NCBI GenBank assembly: GCA_965223345.1
Contig: CBDCWG010000012.1
Span: 1,184,001-1,248,000 of the forward strand
Length of the DNA: 64,000 bases
Direction: 5' to 3'
DNA from: Nitrospinales bacterium
GTDB taxonomy: Bacteria; Nitrospinota; Nitrospinia; Nitrospinales; VA-1
Part shown: in pieces, positions 51,086 to 60,112 of the stretch
Position numbering within the stretch: the stretch's first letter is position 1
Layout: every line of letters starts with the position of its first letter
Notes under the pieces: model-generated
Databases searched by the model: none
Told to the model about the DNA's origin: nothing
Seen by the model: only the letters and a program-made list of their open reading frames with translations
Translations under genes and position numbers: made by a program

Positions 51086-51715
51086 ATGAATGACCCAAAA
51101 CGTTTTTGCCCGGTTCTACTGCTCGTGATCCTTTTTGCCGCTTCCTCGACCGCCCTGTTCGCGAAAGATGCGCATGCCAATCCTCTCAAGGGCTACACCA
51201 TTCATGTGACCGCGCCGCACATCATGGACGGGGAAGTCATCGGTCCGTTTCATCATTTCTGCAAGCCCATCAACAGCGACATCATCCAGTGCGTGCTGTT
51301 CGAATCCACCGACGAGAACGCGCGCATGACCGAAATCGAATACATGGTTTCCAAGAAACTGGCTCGCTCGGTCATTCCCAAATGGTCGCACACGAAAAAC
51401 TGGCACGACCACAAGCAGGAAATCGAAACCGGCCGCGTGGCCATCCTGAATCCGACCGACGCGGAGGAGCAGAAAAAGCTCGCCGAGTACGTCAGCGACA
51501 CCGATGGAATCATCTTCCACCTCTGGCCGCACGACGCGCCGATCCCCGATGGGTCGGTGAGCATCGCCCAATCGGTCGGGCATTGGGAAGCCATTCACGG
51601 TAAGCTGGATGAAACGGCCCAGAGCGCACCATCCGGTTCCGACGATGAGTCGGGGTTTTTCGCCAATATTCTTGAGAAACTGGGTATCCAGGAAGTGCAG
51701 GGAGCATTCAAGTAA
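51086..51715 (+). CDS. Secreted DUF1264/OBAP-like protein
   Basis: Signal peptide (AHA), then HHFCKP...IQCVLFES...ARMTEIEY...WHDHKQE...FHLW. Confidence 0.75.
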   Translation: MNDPKRFCPVLLLVILFAASSTALFAKDAHANPLKGYTIHVTAPHIMDGEVIGPFHHFCKPINSDIIQCVLFESTDENARMTEIEYMVSKKLARSVIPKWSHTKNWHDHKQEIETGRVAILNPTDAEEQKKLAEYVSDTDGIIFHLWPHDAPIPDGSVSIAQSVGHWEAIHGKLDETAQSAPSGSDDESGFFANILEKLGIQEVQGAFK

Positions 51716-51824
51716 GGCGGTTTCGTTCGGACGCCGGCCCGGCGGAACCTTGCGGGCCGGCGCCGAAAGGCCGCAAATGCGCAACGGAAACATTCAATTG
51801 CAGCAGGATCGTGAGAACCAGAGG

Positions 51825-52268
51825 ATGAACGTGATGTGGAGCAAAAAAAATTCAGCGATGATGGCCGTCGCCCTGTTTCTTTCACTCGCCGTCGGAAGCG
51901 CCGGGGCGTTTCACCCCAGCATCTATGAGCCGCGGGTGCCCGCGGAAATTCTGGAAAAAGTCCAGGACATGGAGAACCCCTATCCGGCGACGCCCGAACG
52001 GGTGGAGGCAGGAAAGAAGATCTATTTCGGCAAGGGGCTCTGCGTCACCTGCCACAGCAACAACGGCAAAGGGGTGCGCATTCCCGGTCACTCGCCGCGC
52101 GATTTCACCAACACCAAATGGCAGGAGACGCGGACGGACGGCGAGTTGATGTGGGTGCTTAGAAACGGCAGCCCGGGGACGGGGATGCCGGTGCGGATTG
52201 GAAAAGTGATCGATGAGGAGGAGGGCTGGAACGTCATTCATTACATCCGCACGTTTGCGGGAAAATGA
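51825..52268 (+). CDS. Periplasmic monoheme cytochrome c
   Basis: Signal peptide, NP...G..IY, CVTCH, DGELMW, and GTGMP (Met axial ligand). Confidence 0.9.
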   Translation: MNVMWSKKNSAMMAVALFLSLAVGSAGAFHPSIYEPRVPAEILEKVQDMENPYPATPERVEAGKKIYFGKGLCVTCHSNNGKGVRIPGHSPRDFTNTKWQETRTDGELMWVLRNGSPGTGMPVRIGKVIDEEEGWNVIHYIRTFAGK

Positions 52269-52339
52269 TGATTGTCGAGCGCCGTGCGCCGCAGGGCTTT
52301 GCGGTGGAAGGGCTCTCGTGAAAGATAAGGAGGTGCGTC

Positions 52340-53767
52340 ATGTTTTTCAAACAATACTACCTGGGCTGTCTCGCTCATGCTTCTTACATGATCGGCGATG
52401 AAAAAACGCGGACCGCTGTGGTGGTCGATCCGCAACGGGATATCGACCAGTACCTTCAGGACGCTGCCGAAAACGATCTGCGCATTCAGCACGTGATCCT
52501 CACGCATTTTCACGCCGATTTCGTCGCCGGGCATCTGGAGCTGCGCGACCGGGTGCAGGCGAAAATCCATCTGGGCGCGCGCGCCGAAGCCGAGTACGAC
52601 TTCGTGCCGCAGAAGGACGAAAGCGTTCTTGAATTCGGGAATGTGCGGCTGGAGTTTCTGGAAACGCCGGGGCACACGCCGGAAGGGCTCTCCATCCTGG
52701 TTTACGATCTTCAGAAAGATGAAAAACGCTCGCAAATGGTTCTGACCGGAGACACGCTGTTCATCGGCGATGTCGGCCGTCCGGACCTGATGGCTTCGGT
52801 GGGAATCACCGAGAAAGAGCTTGCGAGCATGCTGTACGATTCGCTGCGCGGCAAATTGATGCCGCTGCCCGATGACACGCTCGTCTATCCCGCGCACGGG
52901 GCGGGCTCGTTGTGCGGAAAAAATCTGAGCGACGATACGGTCTCGACCATCGGCAAGCAGAAGCAGTCGAATTACGCCCTGCAGCCGATGAGCCGGGAGG
53001 CTTTCATCGAACTGGTCACCGAAAACCTGCCGCAGGCGCCGCAGTATTTTTCCTACGATGCGCGTCTCAATAAAAAGGAACGGCAGAACCTGGACAGCAC
53101 GCTTGAAGAGAGCCTGCGTCCCCTGTCTCTGGAAGAGGTTCTGAAAATGCAGGCGTCGGGAAGCCAGATCCTCGACACGCGGCCGGAATCGGATTTCAAC
53201 GCCGGTCATCTGAAAGGAGCGGTTCAGGTGGGGCTGGGCGGCAAGTTCGCCACCTGGGCGGGAATCGTTCTGGATCCCGCGGTTCCCATCGTGGTGATTG
53301 CCGAGCCGGGCACCGAGTACGAGGCGGAGATGCGTCTGGGACGGATCGGTTTCGACAAAGTGGAAGGCTATCTGGAACACGGCATGCGGGCGCTGGACGG
53401 CCGGCCGGACCTCATCGATTCGGTGCCGAACTGGACGGCGGAGGATTTGTTGCAGGCGCTGGAGAACGAGGAGCCGGTGTTCGTTCTGGATGTCCGCTCT
53501 CCCTCTGAATTTGCAGAGGGACATATCGTCAACGCAACCTCGATTCCGCTCAACGATCTGAGTCAGCGCGTGGACGCGATTCCCAAAGACCGGCCGGTGC
53601 TGGTGCATTGCGCCGGAGGATACCGCTCGACCATCGCGTGCAGCCTGCTCAAGAAAAACGGCGTGTCCGAGGCGGTCAATCTTCTGGGAGGCATCGGAGC
53701 ATTGAAACAATACCGCGTGTTCGAAGAAAAGTATTTGAACCGCAGCGGGAATGAAGTGCACCGCTGA
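52340..53767 (+). CDS. Persulfide dioxygenase (MBL fold) with two rhodanese domains, CstB-like
   Basis: THFHADF, TPGHTPE, GDTLFIGDVGRPDL and PAHGAGSLCG. The middle rhodanese lacks Cys; the C-terminal one has VHCAGGYRS. Confidence 0.9.
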   Translation: MFFKQYYLGCLAHASYMIGDEKTRTAVVVDPQRDIDQYLQDAAENDLRIQHVILTHFHADFVAGHLELRDRVQAKIHLGARAEAEYDFVPQKDESVLEFGNVRLEFLETPGHTPEGLSILVYDLQKDEKRSQMVLTGDTLFIGDVGRPDLMASVGITEKELASMLYDSLRGKLMPLPDDTLVYPAHGAGSLCGKNLSDDTVSTIGKQKQSNYALQPMSREAFIELVTENLPQAPQYFSYDARLNKKERQNLDSTLEESLRPLSLEEVLKMQASGSQILDTRPESDFNAGHLKGAVQVGLGGKFATWAGIVLDPAVPIVVIAEPGTEYEAEMRLGRIGFDKVEGYLEHGMRALDGRPDLIDSVPNWTAEDLLQALENEEPVFVLDVRSPSEFAEGHIVNATSIPLNDLSQRVDAIPKDRPVLVHCAGGYRSTIACSLLKKNGVSEAVNLLGGIGALKQYRVFEEKYLNRSGNEVHR

Positions 53768-53818
53768 AGGATCTTAATTTACATGCGATCGAAATGTGCG
53801 ATCGATGAAAGGAAAATC

Positions 53819-55027
53819 ATGCGTTCTTCAGGCAAACCCATCGGAATTTTTCTTTGCGTCCTGTTTCTGAGCGGCGATTTTCTTGCCGGTGTGGCGGAAG
53901 CGATTCCCGTATTTGCGAGACGCTACAAGGTGAGCTGCACGGTCTGCCACATCGGCTTTCCCAAGCTGAACGGTTTCGGCGAAGCGTTCGCGGGCAACGG
54001 CTATCAGTTTCCCGGCGCCGATCTGAAAGATCAGACTGTGGAGACGGGAGACGACAAGCTGCAGCTGCTGGATCACCTGCCGCTTGCGATCCGCGCCGAT
54101 TCGTTTTTCCGCGCGCGCAACGACACGAGGACCAAAACCGATTTTGAGACTCCGTTCGCCATCAAAATTTTATCCAGCGCTCCCCTCACCGATCACATTT
54201 CCTATTATTTTTATTTTCTGTTCGACGAGCGCGGCGACACCGGCGGTGTGGAGGACGCGTTCATTTTTCTCAACGACGCGTACAAGGACGTCGATCTCGA
54301 TCTTCGCATCGGCCAGTTCCAGGTCACCGACATCCTGTTCCCGCGGGAACAGCGGCTGACGTTTCAGGATTACACGTATTACGTCACCGAGATCAGCGCC
54401 AGCGGATTCGATCTCACGTACGACCGGGCTGCGGAGCTGTCCTACAATTTCGATGTCAGCGATACGGTCGGCGCGGGCCTGGTTGTCGGGATCGCCAACG
54501 GCAACGGCATCGGCACGGCGGACAGCGATCGCAATTTCGATTCGGACGGTTTCAAGAATGTGTACGGCAAAGTGTCGTTGTCGGTCGGCGATCAGGGGAT
54601 GGGGGTCTATGTTTACAGCGGCCGCGAGGAAAACCCCGTTTCGATTCGCAACGAATTCATCCGGGTCGGTCCGGATTTCAACCTCTGGCTGTTTGAAGAC
54701 TGGAACCTGTGGGGAAACTTTCTCTACGGAAACGATTCCAACGCCCGGTTCACCGAAGGGTCTCTCGGCGAGATCGAATCCTGGGGCGGCTTTGTGGGCG
54801 TGACCCATCAGTTTTCCGAAGACTGGCTTTTGAATCTGTTGTACAACCGGGTGAAGGTCTACGGGCGGCAGGATCTGGATGCGAACACGATGACGGTGAA
54901 CCTCACTTATTTTCTGAGAAGAAATTTCAAGCTGCTTGCGGAATTCACCGGCGATCTGGAAAGCACCAACGCGTTTCATCCGGTCAAGGAACACACGGGG
55001 GTGTTGGGAATCGTGCTGGCTTATTAA
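53819..55027 (+). CDS. Outer-membrane beta-barrel with an N-terminal heme c motif (Cyc2-like fused cytochrome-porin)
   Basis: Signal peptide AEA|IPVFARRYKVSCTVCHIGFPKLNGFGEAFAGNGY, alternating-hydrophobic beta strands, and an aromatic C-terminal residue (GIVLAY). Confidence 0.85.
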   Translation: MRSSGKPIGIFLCVLFLSGDFLAGVAEAIPVFARRYKVSCTVCHIGFPKLNGFGEAFAGNGYQFPGADLKDQTVETGDDKLQLLDHLPLAIRADSFFRARNDTRTKTDFETPFAIKILSSAPLTDHISYYFYFLFDERGDTGGVEDAFIFLNDAYKDVDLDLRIGQFQVTDILFPREQRLTFQDYTYYVTEISASGFDLTYDRAAELSYNFDVSDTVGAGLVVGIANGNGIGTADSDRNFDSDGFKNVYGKVSLSVGDQGMGVYVYSGREENPVSIRNEFIRVGPDFNLWLFEDWNLWGNFLYGNDSNARFTEGSLGEIESWGGFVGVTHQFSEDWLLNLLYNRVKVYGRQDLDANTMTVNLTYFLRRNFKLLAEFTGDLESTNAFHPVKEHTGVLGIVLAY

Positions 55028-55065
55028 AAGGACTCGAGATTTTCGATCGAGATTGGAGGGTTGCG

Positions 55066-55671
55066 ATGAAAATGACAACAAAGCGGGGGCGAATGCTCGC
55101 TGCTTCATTGAGTGGGTGCATCGGTTTGCTTGTTTTTTGTGTCGGGCCGGCTGCGGCTTTTCCCGACAGCAAAAAAGCCGCGGGCTGGACAAATATCCCG
55201 GCGCCGTTGGTGGATCGGATTTCGGATCATCCGGTTCGGCCCGTCGTGCATGGCGGCGCGCCGCACCCGCCGAAAAAAGCCGTGACCGACGAAACGTCGG
55301 GGATTTGCCCGCAGCCGCGCCACACCCCGCAGGCGCCTGTAGAGTATGACACGATGACCAATCCTCTGGAGCCCACCGCAAGGAACCTGACGGCGGGGGA
55401 GGCGCTGTTCAAGATCGACGCGAAACCGACGGCCTGCAAAGTGTGCCACGGTTTGGGCGGCGACGGCCTGGGCATCATTTTCGAGCGCTTGCAGCCCAAG
55501 CCGCGCAACTTCACCTGTTATTATACGATGGAGGATATTTCGGACGGCCAGATGTACTGGATCATCAAAAACGGTTCTCCCGGTACGGCCATGCCCGCCT
55601 TCGGATCTTTGAGTGACAAGGAAATCTGGCAGTTGATACTATATCTGCGGCAATTCGGCAAAAAGCAATGA
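55066..55671 (+). CDS. Periplasmic monoheme cytochrome c, paralog 1
   Basis: Signal peptide, GICPQPR, CKVCH, PRNFTC, DGQMYW, and GTAMP. Confidence 0.9.
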   Translation: MKMTTKRGRMLAASLSGCIGLLVFCVGPAAAFPDSKKAAGWTNIPAPLVDRISDHPVRPVVHGGAPHPPKKAVTDETSGICPQPRHTPQAPVEYDTMTNPLEPTARNLTAGEALFKIDAKPTACKVCHGLGGDGLGIIFERLQPKPRNFTCYYTMEDISDGQMYWIIKNGSPGTAMPAFGSLSDKEIWQLILYLRQFGKKQ

Positions 55672-55730
55672 CGCGCCGTTCGGCGCGTGCTTGCCCGGCA
55701 TTTGTATAATTTTACGAACGAGTGTGGAAA

Positions 55731-56258
55731 ATGAATCGATTCAAAAAAAGCCTTCAGAAAAAAACTGTTTTCATCTTTGTTTGTGCGAGTCTGTTCGTGT
55801 TTCTGGCCAGCGATCTGTTTGCCCGTCACGGTGGCCGGCATCACGGCATGCACCACGGCCACGGCATTCACAGTGAAGGGCACGGCGGCCCCGGTATCTG
55901 TCCGCAAGCGCGGACCACGGTCCAGGCCCCCGATGATTATTTGAATCGAAAAAACCCGTTCGAGCCGACCGAAGAGAATCTGTACGAGGGGGAGTCGCTG
56001 TTTCAAGTGGATGCGCAGCCGACGGCCTGCAAGATCTGTCACGGAGCGGGAGGCAATGGTTTCGGGATGATGGCTACGGGGCTCAACCCGCCGCCGCGCA
56101 ACTTCACCTGTGCGGAAACCATGCGAGACATTCCAGACGGCCAGTTGTTCTGGATCATTCAAAAAGGCTCGCCGGGAACCGGAATGCTGCCTTACCCGAA
56201 TCTGACCGATGAACAGATCTGGAAACTCATCCTGTATCTCAGAAGTCTTTCCCGTTAA
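55731..56258 (+). CDS. Monoheme cytochrome c, paralog 2 (His-rich N-terminus)
   Basis: RHGGRHHGMHHGHGIH, GICPQAR, CKICH, PRNFTC, and GTGML. Confidence 0.9.
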   Translation: MNRFKKSLQKKTVFIFVCASLFVFLASDLFARHGGRHHGMHHGHGIHSEGHGGPGICPQARTTVQAPDDYLNRKNPFEPTEENLYEGESLFQVDAQPTACKICHGAGGNGFGMMATGLNPPPRNFTCAETMRDIPDGQLFWIIQKGSPGTGMLPYPNLTDEQIWKLILYLRSLSR

Positions 56259-56282
56259 CCCCGCGGTCATGAGATTTTTGCC

Positions 56283-56780
56283 ATGACCGCCTGGGTGGCG
56301 CCGCTCTGGCTCGTTCTCGTTACCGGTCTTGGGGCGGGCGAGCTGTCTGCACACACCCAACTCAAAGCTGCGGATGCGCTGCAAGCGGACCGGTGGCTGC
56401 GCATGGCGGCCGGCATCTGCCCGCAGAACCGCAAGACCCGCCGCGCGCCCAAGCGATACCTGAAAAAAAACAACCCTCTGACCGATTCGAGTGAAAATCG
56501 GGAGCGCGGCCGGGTGCTCTATAATAAGGACGCGAAGCCGACGGCCTGCCGCCTGTGTCACGGCGTGCGCGGCACCGGCAACGGCAAGCTGGCCATGCCG
56601 CTCGATCCGCCGCCGCGCAATTTCACCTGCGCAGAAAACATGCGCGGCGTTTCTGACGGGCAACTCTTCTGGATTATCAAAAAAGGTTCCAAAGGTACGG
56701 CGATGCCTGCGCACGAGCGGACGCTCAGCGATCGGGAGATCTGGGAATTGATCTTATATATCAGGCGTTTTGTCCGCTAA
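56283..56780 (+). CDS. Monoheme cytochrome c, paralog 3 (basic)
   Basis: GICPQNR, CRLCH, PRNFTC, and GTAMP. Confidence 0.88.
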   Translation: MTAWVAPLWLVLVTGLGAGELSAHTQLKAADALQADRWLRMAAGICPQNRKTRRAPKRYLKKNNPLTDSSENRERGRVLYNKDAKPTACRLCHGVRGTGNGKLAMPLDPPPRNFTCAENMRGVSDGQLFWIIKKGSKGTAMPAHERTLSDREIWELILYIRRFVR

Positions 56781-56905
56781 AAATGGGTATGACTTGCGGC
56801 GGTGCGGATTGTTTTTATACAATTGAATGATTACAACCTGACAATTCAGATTGCGATCGATTCTTACCAAACCCAATTGCCCCCGGGCATGACTCATACC
56901 TGAAA

Positions 56906-57469
56906 ATGAAAATTTCCGATCAAACGAAAAGACTGCGTCTGGGAGCGCTCGCCGTGCTGGTGTGCGTCGGGATCGCCTGGGCTCCGGTGGGAGCGCAGGA
57001 TTTCTGGGAATACTTCGAGCCCGATCCTGCGGAGCAATCCAAACAGAAGCCGCAGGCGAAACCGGATGCGAAATCCGAAGAGGCGAGCGTCAAGATTCAG
57101 TGCCCCCAGGAAAGGAACACCCCCAAAGCACCGGATGAGATCTACCACATGAAAAACCCGGTGCCGCAGACCCAGAAAAACATCCTGATCGGCAAAAACC
57201 TGTATCTGGAAAAAGCCCAGTCCTTGCAGTGCAAGCACTGTCACGGGGTGCACGGCGACGGCACCGGTGAACTGGGTCTGTTCGCCAATCCGCTGCCCCG
57301 CAATTTCACCTGCTGGGAGATGATGAAGGAAATTCCGGACGGTCAGATGTTCTGGGTCATCAAGAAAGGCGTTCCCAATACGGCCATGCCTTCCTACGAC
57401 AATCTCAGCGATGAGGACATCTGGAAGCTGGTCATGTACGTGAGGAAGTTTTCCCGCTTTTCAAAATAA
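56906..57469 (+). CDS. Monoheme cytochrome c, paralog 4
   Basis: Signal peptide, QCPQER, CKHCH, PRNFTC, and NTAMP. Confidence 0.9.
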   Translation: MKISDQTKRLRLGALAVLVCVGIAWAPVGAQDFWEYFEPDPAEQSKQKPQAKPDAKSEEASVKIQCPQERNTPKAPDEIYHMKNPVPQTQKNILIGKNLYLEKAQSLQCKHCHGVHGDGTGELGLFANPLPRNFTCWEMMKEIPDGQMFWVIKKGVPNTAMPSYDNLSDEDIWKLVMYVRKFSRFSK

Positions 57470-57543
57470 CCGCAGCCGCAAAAAACTCCGCTCTTCGATG
57501 ATGGGGCGGCCCGGTTTGCGCGTGCCGTGATCGTTTGCCGCCG

Positions 57544-59217
57544 CTAGTGGATGGTCAGCTTTTTGTATTTGGAGCGGCGGTTTTCCTCTTTGCCTCCCAA
57601 TTCCTGCCTGCGCTTTTCGCTGTACTCCTCGAAATTCCCTTCGAACCAGCGGACTTTGCTTTCGCCCTCGAACACCAGAAGATGCGTGCAGATGCGGTCG
57701 AGAAAAAACCGGTCGTGGCTGATCACCATCACGCAGCCGGTGAAATCGAGGATCGCGTTTTCCAGACTGCTCAGCGTCGTCACGTCCAGGTCGTTGGTGG
57801 GTTCGTCCAGAAGCAGGACGTTGCCGCCGCGGCGCAGCAGCTTCGCCAGGTGCACCCGGTTGCGTTCGCCTCCGGACAGCTCGGAGATTTTTTTTTGCTG
57901 ATCGGTTCCCTTGAAGTTGAAGCGCGACACATAGGCGCGTGAGTTCAGGGTGCGGCCGGCCATTTCGATCTGATCGGTGCCGTCCGTGATTTCCTCGAAC
58001 ACGGTCTTGGACGCTTGCAGTTCGTGGCGGTGCTGGTCCACGTAGGACAGGTTCACGGTCGGGCCGAGTTCCAGGCTGCCGCTGTCGGGTTGTTCCTCGC
58101 CCACGATCATGCGGAACAGCGTGGTTTTGCCGGTGCCGTTGGGGCCGATGAGCCCGACGATGGCGCCGCGCGGCACCGAGAAGCTGAGGTCTTTGAGCAG
58201 CAGGTTGCCGTTGTAGCCCTTGCTGAGTCCTTCCACTTCCAGCACGCGTTCGCCCAGCGGCGGACCGGGGGCGATCTGGATTTCGAGTGAGTTTTCGGCG
58301 ATGTCCACTTTGTTGGCAACGAGCTTTTCGTATTCGCGCACGCGGCTTTTGTTCTGTTTGCGGCGCGCGCCGGGGGTGGCGCGCAGCCATTCGAGTTCTT
58401 TGGCGATGCGTTTTTTCAGATGGTCCGCGCTTTTTTCCTGGTGCTTGAGGCGGGCGGCTTTCTGTTCCAGCCAGGCGCTGTAGTTGCCCTCGAAGGGAAT
58501 GCCCTTGCCGCGTTCCAGCTCGAGAATCCACTTTGTGATGTTGTCGAGGAAGTAGCGGTCGTGCGTGGACACGATGACGTTGCCCGGATAACCGGCCAGC
58601 GCCTCCTCCAGCCATTGCACCGTTTCCGCATCGAGGTGGTTGGTCGGCTCATCGAGCAGAATCATGTCCGGTTTTTGCAAAAGCAGTTTGCACAGCGCCA
58701 CCCGGCGGGCCTCGCCGCCGGACAGGGTTCCGGCTTTCTGATCGTCCGGCGGCAGCACGAGCGCGTCCATCGCCACGTCCACCTGCCGGTCGAGTTCCCA
58801 GCCGTCCACCGCGTCGATTTCATCCTGCAGCCGGCCCATCCGTTCGAGGGCTTTCTGCATTTCATCGTCGTCCATCGGTTCGGCCATCTTGGCGCTGACC
58901 GCATCGAATTCCGATTTCAGGCTGAGTATGTTCGCGAACGCTTCTTCCACGTTTTCGCGCACGGTTTTATCCGCTTCCAGCACCGGCTCCTGTGGCAGAT
59001 AACCGATGCGCGTTCCTTTCATGGGCTGGGCGCGGCCCTGGAATTCTTTTTCCTCTCCCGCCATGATGCGGATCAGGGTGGACTTTCCCGCGCCGTTTTC
59101 CCCGACGATGCCGATCTTCGCGCCGTGGTAAAAGGAAAGGTGGATGTCTTTGAACACTTCTTTGCGGCCGTAGGTCTTACTAAGGCCCTGCATGGTGAAA
59201 ATGTATTCTCCGGTCAT
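57544..59217 (-). CDS. ettA: Energy-dependent translational throttle protein (ABC-F)
   Basis: SFYHGAKIG, two ABC domains ([16 protein letters not shown]), ELEW linker, and [12 protein letters not shown]. Confidence 0.93.
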   Translation of the reverse strand: MTGEYIFTMQGLSKTYGRKEVFKDIHLSFYHGAKIGIVGENGAGKSTLIRIMAGEEKEFQGRAQPMKGTRIGYLPQEPVLEADKTVRENVEEAFANILSLKSEFDAVSAKMAEPMDDDEMQKALERMGRLQDEIDAVDGWELDRQVDVAMDALVLPPDDQKAGTLSGGEARRVALCKLLLQKPDMILLDEPTNHLDAETVQWLEEALAGYPGNVIVSTHDRYFLDNITKWILELERGKGIPFEGNYSAWLEQKAARLKHQEKSADHLKKRIAKELEWLRATPGARRKQNKSRVREYEKLVANKVDIAENSLEIQIAPGPPLGERVLEVEGLSKGYNGNLLLKDLSFSVPRGAIVGLIGPNGTGKTTLFRMIVGEEQPDSGSLELGPTVNLSYVDQHRHELQASKTVFEEITDGTDQIEMAGRTLNSRAYVSRFNFKGTDQQKKISELSGGERNRVHLAKLLRRGGNVLLLDEPTNDLDVTTLSSLENAILDFTGCVMVISHDRFFLDRICTHLLVFEGESKVRWFEGNFEEYSEKRRQELGGKEENRRSKYKKLTIH

Positions 59218-59303
59218 GATTCCTCGATGATGGGTTGGTGAATTCCTGCGTTATTTAAGACACTTGGGGGCGCAGCGTCAAGGGATTAAACGGCACCCTT
59301 CTA

Positions 59304-59999
59304 TCAGGAGGCGGCGTTGTTTTTGAAGATGACGAAATCCACGCCGTCGCTGAACACGAGGGAGAGGTCATGGGTGCGGGCGATCCAGCGAAAGGTTTCG
59401 CCCGCATAAAACACGATGTGGGTGGGATCGCGTTTGTAATACCATTTCTCAAACTCGACGATTCTGGTTTCCTCTTTTTCCAGCGGGTGAAAGCGCGTCA
59501 TGACGGCGAGGGTGCCGCCGGGCGCAAGCTTTGAGACCAATTTGGCGATCTCCTTTCCGGGTTCTTTGAAGTGTTCGAAGGTTTCGGTGGAGACGATGCA
59601 GTCGAAGCGGTCATCAGTCTGCGTGTCCGGAAAAAAATAGGGATCGTAGCCCGTGGCCCGGTAGCCTTTGCGGGTGAGCAGGGTTTTGAGAACGGGTGCG
59701 TAGCCGCAGCCGTAATCGAGCACGGTCCGGATGCCGGGGGCGTGTTTTTCGATCAGCGCGATTTTCTTTTCGAACATGCGGACGTAGCCTTCGTTTTCCA
59801 GGCTGTTTTCGTGTTTGAGGTAATGGCTTTTTTCCGCATCCGCCGAGACGTGGTACTGCGGGGGGACGAAGATCAGGCAGCAGTTGCGGCAGAGCCGGTA
59901 TTCCCGCTTGTCGCCAAAGTGGATGGATCGGGTCAAAGACTGCGAACGGCAGAGCGGGCAGGGGGTTTGCTGCATCGTGTTCTCATGCGGGTTGGACAT
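59304..59999 (-). CDS. Class I SAM methyltransferase with N-terminal CxxC pairs
   Basis: CPLC...CRNC, LDYGCG, YDPYF, and WYYKRDPTHIVFY. An alternative start is at 59975. Confidence 0.85.
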   Translation of the reverse strand: MSNPHENTMQQTPCPLCRSQSLTRSIHFGDKREYRLCRNCCLIFVPPQYHVSADAEKSHYLKHENSLENEGYVRMFEKKIALIEKHAPGIRTVLDYGCGYAPVLKTLLTRKGYRATGYDPYFFPDTQTDDRFDCIVSTETFEHFKEPGKEIAKLVSKLAPGGTLAVMTRFHPLEKEETRIVEFEKWYYKRDPTHIVFYAGETFRWIARTHDLSLVFSDGVDFVIFKNNAAS

Positions 60000-60019
60000 C
60001 GGGCAAAGGTTTATTTTAC

Positions 60020-60047
60020 TTGATTCTGGGCGGTCTCTGGCTATAAT
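60020..60047 (+). promoter_or_regulatory. Sigma70-type promoter for efp
   Basis: TTGATT-16 bp-TATAAT. Confidence 0.55.
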
Positions 60048-60112
60048 CACTCGCGACGTGATTCAGAAGAATGCACGGAATTTCGCCCCATCGAACTCTG
60101 AGAGCTTGCGGC

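Noticed and set aside
56259..56283. Upstream ATG at 56269 suggesting a frameshifted longer leader for cytochrome paralog 3
   Set aside because: It is out of frame by 14 nt, and the 56283 start already gives a hydrophobic leader. There is no evidence for a frameshift without reads or homologs.
55066..57469. Similar DNA segments recurring every 500-650 bp (e.g. ccgacggcctgc, ccgcgcaacttcacctg) as a possible repeat array or CRISPR
   Set aside because: They are conserved codons of the paralogous cytochrome genes. There is no repeat-spacer periodicity and no cas gene.
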